From Haloferax volcanii DS2 (GTDB lineage Archaea > Halobacteriota > Halobacteria > Halobacteriales > Haloferacaceae): a stretch of 32,000 bases of DNA. Positions 23,412 to 31,614 of the stretch are shown piece by piece. Each line of letters starts with the position of its first letter. The first letter of the stretch is position 1. The stretch is taken from contig NC_013964.1 in the NCBI RefSeq assembly GCF_000025685.1, forward strand, positions 180,001-212,000. The letters are read 5' to 3'. The notes below the pieces were generated by a model. That model ran no database searches, was not told where the DNA came from, and worked only from the letters and a program-made list of their open reading frames with translations. A program made the translations under genes and the position numbers.

Positions 23412-24695
23412 TCAGTAGTTGGCGGCGTCGCCGCGACCGGCCGACGGGCCTCGGCCGGCCGACGATTCGCGGTCCGAATGTACGGCGGCGAAGTCGTCTC
23501 GGGCGTCCCCGCCGACGCTCGTCGCAGGCGACCCCGCGGGCGTCGATTCGGCGTCGCCGGCGTTCTCAGCGACCCGGTCGGTGGGAGACTCAGTCGAGTC
23601 CTCGGCGGTTCTGAGGGTGACTGCGACGGTCGTGCCGCCGTCGGGGTCGTTTTCGACCGCGATGCTCCCGCCGAACTGCTCGACGAGCGCGGCGACGAGC
23701 GAGAGACCGGTTCGGGAGTCGGGCGTCTCCGCGACGGTCTCGCCCGCGTCGAGGAGGGCGTCCTCGGGGAACGACGCTCCGTCGTCGGAGATGCGGACGG
23801 TCACGGTCTCCGCGCCGCAATCGGCGCGCAGACGGACCTGCGGGCGCTCGGCGTCCGCCCGCTCGACCGCCGTGACGAGGAGGTTCCGAAAGACCGCGGA
23901 GAGCATGCTGTGGGCGAGGACGTTTACCTCGGGGAGGTCGCCGGCGACGACCACGTCGGCGTCGTACCCGGCGCGGACCTTCTGAAGCTCGGTCTCGACG
24001 GTTTCGACAAGCGGCTTCGGTTCGAGGTCGGCGGCGCGGTCCGAGGTGAGCACGTCGGTGAACTGCGCCGTGCTCTCGGTGAGGTCGATGATGCCGTTGC
24101 TCGCGGCGACGATGTTCTCCAGTCGCTCGTCGGCCCCTGACCCGGCCTCCTTCCGCACGACCGACGCCCACCCGCGGATGACCAGCGCGTCGTTGCGGAT
24201 GTCGTGTTGGAGGACGCGGTTGAGGACGGCGAGCTGTTCGCGCTGTTGGCGGAGTTCTGTCTCCCGTCGCTGGCGCGCGACGGTCCACCGATAGAGGCCG
24301 AACACGAGGAGCACCGCGCCGACCGCCTGCGCGCCGTCTTCGAACAGGTAGCTGAACCAGACGGGCTGTTCGACGAACTCGTCGAGGAAGTCGGTCAGCG
24401 CGAACAGGTACGAGGCCGCGACGCCGCCCGCCAACGGATAGAAGACCGATGGGTCGCGGATTCGTCGCACCACGAACAGACACGCGAAGAGCACGGCGAC
24501 GACGACGCCCTCGCCGACGAGGTCGAGCGCCGCCGTCGTCGGGTCCGGCGGGAGCGCCGCGAGCTGCGCGACGACCGGGATTGCCGACCCGGCGGCGACT
24601 GCCCACGGGAGGTATCGATGCGTGGCTCCGGCGGGTTCCTCGCTTGCCTCCGCTGATTCGTCGTCCATTCCTCGCGTCGGTGTTTCGGGTTTCAT
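23412..24695 (-). CDS. membrane-bound sensor histidine kinase
   Basis: Track ORF of 427 aa. About 4-5 N-terminal TM segments are followed by a coiled linker. H-box LAVLNRVLQHDIRNDALVI. HATPase region LSAVFRNLLVTAVE ... ISDDGASFPE ... TGLSLVAALVEQFGGSIAVEN. Low-complexity acidic tail. No response regulator gene is adjacent. Confidence 0.85.
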   Translation of the reverse strand: MKPETPTRGMDDESAEASEEPAGATHRYLPWAVAAGSAIPVVAQLAALPPDPTTAALDLVGEGVVVAVLFACLFVVRRIRDPSVFYPLAGGVAASYLFALTDFLDEFVEQPVWFSYLFEDGAQAVGAVLLVFGLYRWTVARQRRETELRQQREQLAVLNRVLQHDIRNDALVIRGWASVVRKEAGSGADERLENIVAASNGIIDLTESTAQFTDVLTSDRAADLEPKPLVETVETELQKVRAGYDADVVVAGDLPEVNVLAHSMLSAVFRNLLVTAVERADAERPQVRLRADCGAETVTVRISDDGASFPEDALLDAGETVAETPDSRTGLSLVAALVEQFGGSIAVENDPDGGTTVAVTLRTAEDSTESPTDRVAENAGDAESTPAGSPATSVGGDARDDFAAVHSDRESSAGRGPSAGRGDAANY

Positions 24696-24819
24696 CTCGG
24701 TTCACCACACCCCGAGCGTCTCCCGCGTCCGACCGGCGGCGTCTGTCTCGCTTGCATACTCTCGTTGACGGCGATGTCCGATGAAGTGGTTGCTATGTGG
24801 ATTGTCTGCCTCACTTTCC

Positions 24820-24852
24820 GTTCGGTAGTCGTCCCCCGTGTTCGGTAGTCGT
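24820..24852. repeat. direct repeat gttcggtagtcgt x2 (20-bp period)
   Basis: Exact 13-mers at 24820-24832 and 24840-24852, between the ecfT stop and the kinase start. Confidence 0.9.
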
Positions 24853-24878
24853 ACGGAGTCGAAAATAGTTCGCGGGTC

Positions 24879-24898
24879 GACGCGTGCCGACGCGTGCC
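24879..24898. repeat. perfect tandem 10-mer gacgcgtgcc x2
   Basis: 24879-24888 and 24889-24898, immediately downstream of the ecfT-like stop on the minus strand. Each unit contains the palindrome acgcgt. Confidence 0.9.
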
Positions 24899-24904
24899 GT
24901 CAGC

Positions 24905-25864
24905 TCAAGTAAACACCCAGACCGCGGCGACGAACAGCAGCGACCCGAAGACGAACGTGACGTCTCGGGTCCGCACCATCATGCCCTCGGTCCGGAGGGC
25001 TTGGCTCTGTTCGTCGCCCAGCGAGCGCGAGAACCCCTTCGTCTCCATCGCCTCGACGTTGACCCGCGAGCGCTTCGCCACGTTGAAAATCAGCGGGTAG
25101 AACGCCTTGACCGAGAGCGTCAGCAGGTAGGAGAAGTAGCGCCACCTGAACAGTCCCTGTTTTTCGGGAACCTTGCTCCGGAGGCGGAAGGAGTTGATGA
25201 GCGCGTGGTACTCCTCGACGAGAAGCGGCATCATCCGGTAGCCGTAGGCGATGGCGAACGTGAGCTGACGGGGGACGCCCAGACGCAACATCCCCTTGCT
25301 GAGCTTCTGCGGGCTCATCGCCGAGAAGACGGCGAGGCTGATGACCGAGATAATCGTGAGCTTGAGGAAGAACGGGACGAGCGCCCCGACGGCGTCGATT
25401 CCGACTTCCTGACTGGTCGTGGCGGTGTGGATACCCCGACCGACCGCGGCCGCGACGATAGTTCCGGTCTCGGCGAACACGCTCACATCACCCGTCGTGA
25501 CGCCTTCGACGACCCGACCGGCGTTGTCACCCAGGTGGCCCACCGCTCGCATCGCCCCGCCGATGAGCGGGACCAACACCACGAAGAAGCCGACGTTGGT
25601 GACTTGGCCGAACAGGAGCAACGCGAGGAGGTATTTGCTGACCTGCGAGAGCGCGGCGAGCACGAAGGCCGCCGCGAGCAGGATGGCCAGCGGGAGCGTG
25701 TCGTAGAACAGCCACGGAATAATCATGAACAGCACGGTCCACACGAGCACCACGCGCGGGTCGAAGCTGTTCAACAGGGCGTCCTCGTTGTCGTAGGCGG
25801 TCCGCATCAGGTCCACCTTGATGTCGGTGACCGAGATGTCGGTGAGCGCGTCGACGTACTTCAT
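24905..25864 (-). CDS. ECF transporter transmembrane (T) component, EcfT/CbiQ family
   Basis: Track ORF of 319 aa. Multi-TM, with the characteristic C-terminal region AYGYRMMPLLVEEYHALINSFRLRS and AMETKGF. 4-nt overlap with the upstream ATPase gene. Confidence 0.8.
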   Translation of the reverse strand: MKYVDALTDISVTDIKVDLMRTAYDNEDALLNSFDPRVVLVWTVLFMIIPWLFYDTLPLAILLAAAFVLAALSQVSKYLLALLLFGQVTNVGFFVVLVPLIGGAMRAVGHLGDNAGRVVEGVTTGDVSVFAETGTIVAAAVGRGIHTATTSQEVGIDAVGALVPFFLKLTIISVISLAVFSAMSPQKLSKGMLRLGVPRQLTFAIAYGYRMMPLLVEEYHALINSFRLRSKVPEKQGLFRWRYFSYLLTLSVKAFYPLIFNVAKRSRVNVEAMETKGFSRSLGDEQSQALRTEGMMVRTRDVTFVFGSLLFVAAVWVFT

Positions 25865-27702
25865 CGCGCCCCTCCGTCCGACTCGGCTTCGTCGTCGCTA
25901 TCGCCGGCCTCACCGATGCCGCCGCCACCGCCAGCTTCGACCACGTCGTCACCGAGCGACCGAGCCAGCGTCTCGCACATCGCGTCGGTGCTGAGGGCGG
26001 GGGATTCCAGTCCGAGTCGCCGGCTCAGTTCGACCACCTGCGGCTGGCGCAGGTCGGTCTCGGCGAGGAGGTCCGGGTCGGAGAACACCGCCGCCGGCGG
26101 CGCGTCCGCGAGCACCTCGCCCTCGCCCATGACGAGGACGCGGTTGGCCCACGCCGCGACCAGTTGCAGGTCGTGCGAGGCGACGACGACGGTTTCGACG
26201 CGGCTCTCGGCCTTCCGGAGCATGCCGGTCACCTCGCGGCGGCTCTGGAGGTCGAGACTGCCCGTGGGTTCGTCCAGGAGGACGACCGTCGGGTCGGTCG
26301 CGAGCCCGATGCCGAGCGACGCGCGGCGCTGTTGGCCGAGGCTCATCAGGCGACCGTCACGGTCCGCGAGGTGTTCGAGGTCCAGATACGCGAGAATCTC
26401 GTCGACGCGGTCGTCCACGTTCGGGGTGTCGCGGTTCTCGAGGTAGTAGGCGATGTCCTTGCGGACGGTGTCCTCGACGAACATCTCCTCGGGGTTCTGG
26501 TGGATGTAGACGGTGTCGTCGGCCAACTGCTCGGGAAGCGTCTCGCTCGTGTCGCGTCCGAGAACCGTCACCGTCCCCCGGTCGGGGGACTCTACCCCCG
26601 TCAGCAACCGCAACAGCGTCGACTTCCCGGAGCCGTTGGCACCGACGAGGGCGACCCGGTCGCCCGCGTGCAGTTCGAGGTCCAGCCCATCGAGGACGTG
26701 GTTGTACCCCTCTCGAAGCGTGGGGTAGCCGTGACCGACACCGCGCATCGTCACCAGCGCGTCCCTATCCTGTTCGCCGTCGGTCGGCGCGCCGCCGGTG
26801 TCCGCGCCGGCTGTCGCCACCGCGCCGCCGTCGACCGCGGCCCGCGAACCGCGTGCCGTGGCGGGCTGAAACGCCGTTGCCGCCTCGTCGACGGTCACGG
26901 GATACCGACCACTGGGTAGGGTGCCCGCCTCGGACGGCAGGCCGTCGGCGATTTGCGTGACCTGCGGCGGGTGGATGTCGTGGGCGAGTAGGTCGTCGAG
27001 TCTGTTGAGGCCGACTTCGACCGGTTCCTTCCAGGCGACGCCGCCGTCGGAGACGAGCACCATCTCGTCGCAGTAGTCGGCGATGAACTCGGAGTGGTGT
27101 TCGATCACGATGACCGTCTTGTCGCGCTCCTCGTTGAGTCGTCGGAGCTGTTCGTACGTCTCGCGGGCGTTTCGGGGGTCGAGCTGTGCGGCCGGCTCGT
27201 CGACGAAGATGAACTCGGGGTCCATCGCCAGCACCCCCGCGAGCGCGACGAGGTGTTGCTGGCCGCCGCTCAGCTCCCAGATGAACCGGTCTTCGAGGTG
27301 GTCGAGACCGAGGGTTTCGAGCGCGCGGGTCGCCCGCTCGGCGTAGTCGTCGAGCCCGTGGTTGAGGGGCGCGAACTCCACGTCGTCGCGGACCGTCTCC
27401 TGAACGAGTTGGTTCTCGAAGTCCTGAAAGACGTAGCCGACCGTCTTCGAGAGTTCGGCCACGTCCGACTCGCGGGTGTCGGTGCCGGCGACGCTGACGC
27501 GCCCGTCGAACGTCCCCTCGAAGAAGTGCGGGATGAGGCCGTTGAACGTCTTACACAGGGTCGTCTTGCCGCTGCCGTTGCCACCGACGACGGCCGTGAA
27601 CTCGCCCGGCTCTATCGTCACGCTCGCGTCGCGCAGTACCGCCTCGTCGCCGCCGGGGTACTGAAACGTCAGGTCCTCGACGACGATGTTGTTGCTGCTC
27701 AT
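25861..27702 (-). CDS. fused tandem ECF/ABC ATPase (EcfA-EcfA')
   Basis: Internal ATG at 27702 (MSSNNIVVEDLTFQYPGG). The 31-codon extension in track ORF 25861..27795 is basic and overlaps the S-component gene. There are two complete cassettes: GGNGSGKTT / LSGGQQHLVALAGVLA / IFVDEPAAQLD and GANGSGKST / LSLGQQRRASLGIGLA / VLLDEPTGSLD. Confidence 0.9.
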   Translation of the reverse strand: MSSNNIVVEDLTFQYPGGDEAVLRDASVTIEPGEFTAVVGGNGSGKTTLCKTFNGLIPHFFEGTFDGRVSVAGTDTRESDVAELSKTVGYVFQDFENQLVQETVRDDVEFAPLNHGLDDYAERATRALETLGLDHLEDRFIWELSGGQQHLVALAGVLAMDPEFIFVDEPAAQLDPRNARETYEQLRRLNEERDKTVIVIEHHSEFIADYCDEMVLVSDGGVAWKEPVEVGLNRLDDLLAHDIHPPQVTQIADGLPSEAGTLPSGRYPVTVDEAATAFQPATARGSRAAVDGGAVATAGADTGGAPTDGEQDRDALVTMRGVGHGYPTLREGYNHVLDGLDLELHAGDRVALVGANGSGKSTLLRLLTGVESPDRGTVTVLGRDTSETLPEQLADDTVYIHQNPEEMFVEDTVRKDIAYYLENRDTPNVDDRVDEILAYLDLEHLADRDGRLMSLGQQRRASLGIGLATDPTVVLLDEPTGSLDLQSRREVTGMLRKAESRVETVVVASHDLQLVAAWANRVLVMGEGEVLADAPPAAVFSDPDLLAETDLRQPQVVELSRRLGLESPALSTDAMCETLARSLGDDVVEAGGGGGIGEAGDSDDEAESDGGAR

Positions 27703-27721
27703 GAAAACAAAAGATGGGGGT

Positions 27722-28585
27722 TTAGTCCTGCAAGCCGTCGACCTTGCGCTGGCGGTAGGCGACGAGCCCGAACGAGATGACCGCCGCGATGGCAATCGGC
27801 ACGAACAGGAACGCTTGGCCGTACGTTTCGACGAACTCCGGCGTGAACGTGACGAGCCCGCCGCTGGTCTCGCTCAGCGTCTCGAACGCGAACGCGACGG
27901 GTATCAGCGCCACCCACGCGATGAGTCGCTTCAGCGACGTGCGCGTGAACATCGGGCCGTCGCGGCCCTCGACGGGGCTCATGCCGAGCAGCGGTTCGAT
28001 TTTCCCGCGGAGTCGCGGGTAGAGGAACAGCGTCGGAATCGCCCCGAAGACGACGCCGGCGATGATAATCTGAAGCAGCGCCCCGATTCCCTCGGTTGCC
28101 CACACAGTCTCGGGGAGCCACGAAATCGCTTCGAGCTCTTCGACGCCGACGTAGAACTTCCCGACGTCGATGAACCACGCCGCGGTCTCTTCCATCGCCT
28201 TCGCGAGGAAGCCCACCGCCGCGATTTGCTTGACGTTCTTCGGGTCCGTGATGAGCGACATCGCGAAGAACCACGACAGCGTGATGACGATGAGGCCCTC
28301 GACCGCGCCGAGCGCGCTGAAGTCACCGATGAGAATTTCACCGAAGACGATGCCGCCGACCGGAATCGCGAGACAGCCCCAAAACGACCGGAAGAGGAGA
28401 ACGACCGACATCGCGACGAACCAGAACGGTCCGATAGAGACGCCTAACCCGCCTATCGAGAACTCCGGCAGGAGTTCCGTAATCATGCTCTGCAAACCGT
28501 GCAGCGACATGACGAGGATGAACGCTATCATGTCCCTGTGGTCGAAACTGAACGCACTACTCGAGTTGTTGGACGTTGTCACCAT
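27722..28585 (-). CDS. polytopic membrane protein, candidate substrate-capture (S) component of the ECF transporter; specificity unknown
   Basis: Track ORF of 287 aa with about 7-8 hydrophobic segments. First gene of the S-A/A'-T operon, with a 19-nt gap to the ATPase. No CbiM (MHIPDG) or other S-family motif was recognised. Confidence 0.55.
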   Translation of the reverse strand: MVTTSNNSSSAFSFDHRDMIAFILVMSLHGLQSMITELLPEFSIGGLGVSIGPFWFVAMSVVLLFRSFWGCLAIPVGGIVFGEILIGDFSALGAVEGLIVITLSWFFAMSLITDPKNVKQIAAVGFLAKAMEETAAWFIDVGKFYVGVEELEAISWLPETVWATEGIGALLQIIIAGVVFGAIPTLFLYPRLRGKIEPLLGMSPVEGRDGPMFTRTSLKRLIAWVALIPVAFAFETLSETSGGLVTFTPEFVETYGQAFLFVPIAIAAVISFGLVAYRQRKVDGLQD

Positions 28586-28777
28586 CCGGGTGGTGGTCGT
28601 TAAGCGAATTGGTTAATCGTTGGTATGAGCACAGCGTACGACTGTATATCCGACTATACTCTGTGGAGTAATCGGTGGCAGTACATAGCAATCGCATCAG
28701 TATATCGCGCTCCGGACGCCGACCGGCCGCGGCGCTCGCGAACCGATTCGGATGCGACTGCACGAACTGCTCGCGTC

Positions 28778-28785
28778 AAAAAAAA
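28778..28785 (-). terminator. oligo-T (T8 on the minus strand) candidate archaeal terminator
   Basis: A run of 8 A on the plus strand, about 83 nt downstream of the TIM-barrel gene stop (28868) and upstream of the ECF operon. This is the longest homopolymer I noticed in the GC-rich part of the window. Confidence 0.45.
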
Positions 28786-28867
28786 GAACGGCACGGAACC
28801 GGGAATCGAGCGGTGGCGATGCCGCCGACGCCGACACCGACGCTGACGCCGATACCGACCCCGACCG

Positions 28868-29665
28868 TCAGGCGTCGGTCCCGCTCACGCAGCGCTCAAC
28901 GTCAGCGCGGGACTTCATCTCCAAGACGTTGTACGGGGCGTCGATGTCCGCGGCGACCGACCGGAACGACGGGAGCGGTTCGTGCGCGTCTTCGGTGCCG
29001 TCGTTGTCGTGGAGGTGCGCGACCTGAATGCGGTCACCGAACCGCTCGACAAACCGCTCGTAATCGACGCCGGTCGCCTTCGCGTGCCCCACGTCGAGCG
29101 TCAACTTCAGGAACTCGTCGCCGACGCCGACGTCGTCGAGGAACGCGGCGAGTCGGTCCGGGGTCGCCGTGTGCCGACGCGTGCCCGGTTTGTCGCGCTG
29201 GTTTTCGAGGCAGACCGGGACGCCCACTTCGGCGGCGAACTCGGCGCACTCGCGGAGCGTTCGAACCGCCTGCTCGCGGGTGTGCTCGCGGACGTGGTCG
29301 GGGTAGCGCGTCCGAACCGACCCCCCGTGGACGATGACGCCGCCGGCGTCGATTGCCGCGGCGAGCTCGATTGCCTCTTTGGTCGCCGCGACCGCGGCGT
29401 TCCGAAGGCGCTCGTTGACGTTCCCGGGCGCGACGTCGAGGTGCGGGCCGTGGACCGTGTAGCTCACGTCGAACTCCTCGGCGACCGCCCGCAGGCGCTC
29501 GGCGTCTCGCTCGCCCGGTTGCACGTCCAGATACCCCGCGCGGAGTTCGACGTGGTTCAGGTCGAACCGCCGGAGGAACCCGGCGAACGAGGCCACCTCG
29601 TCGGCGTAGCGGATGTCCATCGACGCGCCGAACCGCGGTCGCTGGACGGGCGTCGCCTCAGACAT
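28868..29665 (-). CDS. sugar phosphate isomerase/epimerase-like TIM-barrel protein (xylose isomerase-like / AP endonuclease 2 fold)
   Basis: Track ORF of 265 aa. Blocks HVELRAGY, YTVHGPHLD, GGVIVHGGS, VCLENQ, TLDVGHA and VAHLHDNDG are typical metal-ligand contexts of this fold. The start overlaps the ComB-like gene end by 8 nt. Confidence 0.75.
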   Translation of the reverse strand: MSEATPVQRPRFGASMDIRYADEVASFAGFLRRFDLNHVELRAGYLDVQPGERDAERLRAVAEEFDVSYTVHGPHLDVAPGNVNERLRNAAVAATKEAIELAAAIDAGGVIVHGGSVRTRYPDHVREHTREQAVRTLRECAEFAAEVGVPVCLENQRDKPGTRRHTATPDRLAAFLDDVGVGDEFLKLTLDVGHAKATGVDYERFVERFGDRIQVAHLHDNDGTEDAHEPLPSFRSVAADIDAPYNVLEMKSRADVERCVSGTDA

Positions 29666-30395
29666 CGACCCGGCTCGCGGGGACGAGTCGGTCGCCGCGG
29701 AGGACCGGCACGACCGACCGGGAGTCGATAGCCGTCTCGAACTCGTGGAGGTCGCGCCGCCGAATCTCGTGTTTCTGCTCGTATCGCGGCCCCTTCGCGG
29801 TCACGAGGAGGCGCGCGTACCGCTCGCGGTCGCGGTCGGTGAGGCCGTCGCCGTGGAGGCACTCGTCGATGAGCGCCGCGCCGAGGGTGTCGTCGGGCGT
29901 CGGCTGGCCGCTCGACCCGCTGGCGACGATAGTGACCGGCCGCCCGCGGGCTTCGAGCAGGTCCGCGACCGCCGCGGCGTTCGTGTAGCCGCCGACGAAC
30001 ACCTCGACGTCGGACCCGCCGCGCTCGCGGAGCGTCGAGACGGCGCGCCCGCCGTTCGTGGAGGTCATCGCGGTCGGTCGCCCGTCGAGGTCCAACTGCT
30101 GGACGTAGCTCGGCGAGTTGAAGAAGTCGTAGCCGGGGTTCGGCTCGTAGTCGTCGGTCTTGCCGCCGCCGATGAGACTGTCGGGGTGGTCCTCTTGGTA
30201 CGCCGGTTCGTCGCCGCGCTCGTCGGTCACGTGGACGTACTCCGCCCCGAGCGCGAGCAGTTCCGCGACGGTCGCCGAGAAGTGGGTCACGTCCACCACC
30301 ACGTAGTCGCCCGGCGTCGGCTCCGCCGGGATGTTCTCACAGCCCTCTATCAACGTCTCTACGAACGGCTCTGTCTGTCGTCCATCTGCGGACAT
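29658..30395 (-). CDS. 2-phosphosulfolactate phosphatase (ComB) family protein
   Basis: Internal ATG at 30395 (MSADGRQTEPFVETLIEG) of track ORF 29658..30518. Blocks VVVDVTHFSATV, LIGGGKTD...GYDFFNSP, MTSTNGGRAV, VFVGGYTNAAAVA, IVASGSSGQPTPDDTLGAALI resemble the ComB family pattern (VDVLRxT, GGE, GxxNSP, TTNGT, AG...ED..xAG). Confidence 0.7.
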   Translation of the reverse strand: MSADGRQTEPFVETLIEGCENIPAEPTPGDYVVVDVTHFSATVAELLALGAEYVHVTDERGDEPAYQEDHPDSLIGGGKTDDYEPNPGYDFFNSPSYVQQLDLDGRPTAMTSTNGGRAVSTLRERGGSDVEVFVGGYTNAAAVADLLEARGRPVTIVASGSSGQPTPDDTLGAALIDECLHGDGLTDRDRERYARLLVTAKGPRYEQKHEIRRRDLHEFETAIDSRSVVPVLRGDRLVPASRVDV

Positions 30396-30440
30396 AGCCC
30401 AGGCTCTCGACAACACCCACAAGTCAGTTGCTAGTAGCGA

Positions 30441-30447
30441 TATATAT
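30441..30447 (-). promoter_or_regulatory. TATA-like element (tatatat) upstream of the ComB-like/TIM-barrel operon
   Basis: AT heptamer 46-52 nt upstream of ATG 30395 in an otherwise GC-rich context. Confidence 0.25.
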
Positions 30448-31073
30448 CCGACCGTACTATCCGTAGTTCGGACGCCGCGTTCGACGACGCCGGGATCGGG
30501 AGAATACTCGGAAAGCAAACTATTTTCTACTAGATATTATGATAGTTCTCTCTCGCCGGTCGCGGTCCCGACCGCGGCTTGGAACGACGACGTTCTTCCG
30601 ACGAATCGTCTGTCTCACTCCCTGTCGATTCGGGGGCGTACAGCGCCACACTCGGCGTTTCTTCGTTCGAGCGAGCCGAGCAGTCGGGAACGTCCCATCT
30701 CGGTCGTGATTTGGACGCGTTCCCGAACTGTTGGATGCCCCGAAACGCACCCGCTCCACCGCGGAGCGTGCGACCGCGTTCACACCGCCACTAAGATATC
30801 ACCGAAACACTCTAAATCGCCCGAATTTTACCTGTTCGTGGCAAACGACGCCGTCGTCGTGGGTGGGGCTATCGACGCGGGAGTCCCGTGGTCGGCTCCC
30901 AGCCCGCCGGCGGTTTGCCCCGACTTCGGTCGCTTCGGCCACGAGACGGACAGACAAACTTATCAGTATAACTACTGTCTTACTGTTTGATTAGTGAGCT
31001 TCGAAAGCGTCCGTGGCCGCCGCGTCGTTGCCGCCGACAGCGTCTTCCACCGCCGGCCCAACGTCGATTCGAG

Positions 31074-31517
31074 ATGACTCTCGCCACCGAACGACTCCGC
31101 CGATTCAAGACGCCGCTCCGGTACGCGATGGGTTGCCTCTACGTCCTCGCCGGCGTGATGCACTTCGTCGTGCCGAACGCGTACGCGCAGGTCGTTCCGC
31201 CCGTCTTCCCGGCGGCGCTCGCGCTCGTCTACGTCTCCGGCGTCGTCGAAATCGCCCTCGGCGTCGGCGTCGGCGTCCGCCGCACTCAGCGCGTCGCCGC
31301 GTGGGGGCTCATCGCACTGCTGATTGCGGTCTTCCCCGCGAACGTCTACATGGCGACGAGCGACATCGTGCTCGACGGCGTTCCGGCGGCGTTTCGGGAG
31401 CCCTCGGACGCCGCGCTGTGGCTTCGCCTGCCGCTTCAGGGCGTACTCGTCGCGTGGGCGTGGTGGTACACTCGCCCCGAGTCCGTCGAGGCCGACGAGT
31501 CGCGTTCGGTGCGGTGA
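31074..31517 (+). CDS. DoxX-like family membrane protein
   Basis: Internal ATG at 31074 (MTLATERLRRFKTPLRYAMGCLYVLAGVMHFVVPNAYAQVVPPVFP...) of track ORF 30987..31517. Four TM segments. The HF..P..Y...VPP and AVFPANVYMA motifs are typical of DoxX-like proteins. Confidence 0.7.
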   Translation: MTLATERLRRFKTPLRYAMGCLYVLAGVMHFVVPNAYAQVVPPVFPAALALVYVSGVVEIALGVGVGVRRTQRVAAWGLIALLIAVFPANVYMATSDIVLDGVPAAFREPSDAALWLRLPLQGVLVAWAWWYTRPESVEADESRSVR

Positions 31518-31614
31518 CTGTCTCCAAGCGAATTGGTGTGAATCACCACGCTGTCACGCGGTTTTTCGCGTCCAAACGGAACTGATTCAAGCGCGCCGGT
31601 GCGAGCCGTACCCG

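Noticed and set aside
24820-24898. Tandem repeats considered as a degenerate CRISPR or minisatellite
   Set aside because: Each has only two copies, with 10-13 bp units. There is no spacer-repeat periodicity and no cas genes. They are better explained as terminator or operator elements.
27703-27795. Upstream start of the fused ATPase ORF (track start 27795), and likewise the 30518 start of the ComB-like ORF
   Set aside because: Both extensions are basic or Ser-rich and lack family features. The ATPase extension overlaps the upstream S-component gene. The internal ATGs at 27702 and 30395 give family-typical N-termini.
28602-28613. 12-mer aagcgaattggt shared between the ECF operon leader (28602-28613) and the region after the DoxX-like gene (31526-31537)
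   Set aside because: By a rough estimate, tens of exact 12-mer coincidences are expected by chance in 32 kb when both strands are considered. There is no extended similarity around the match.
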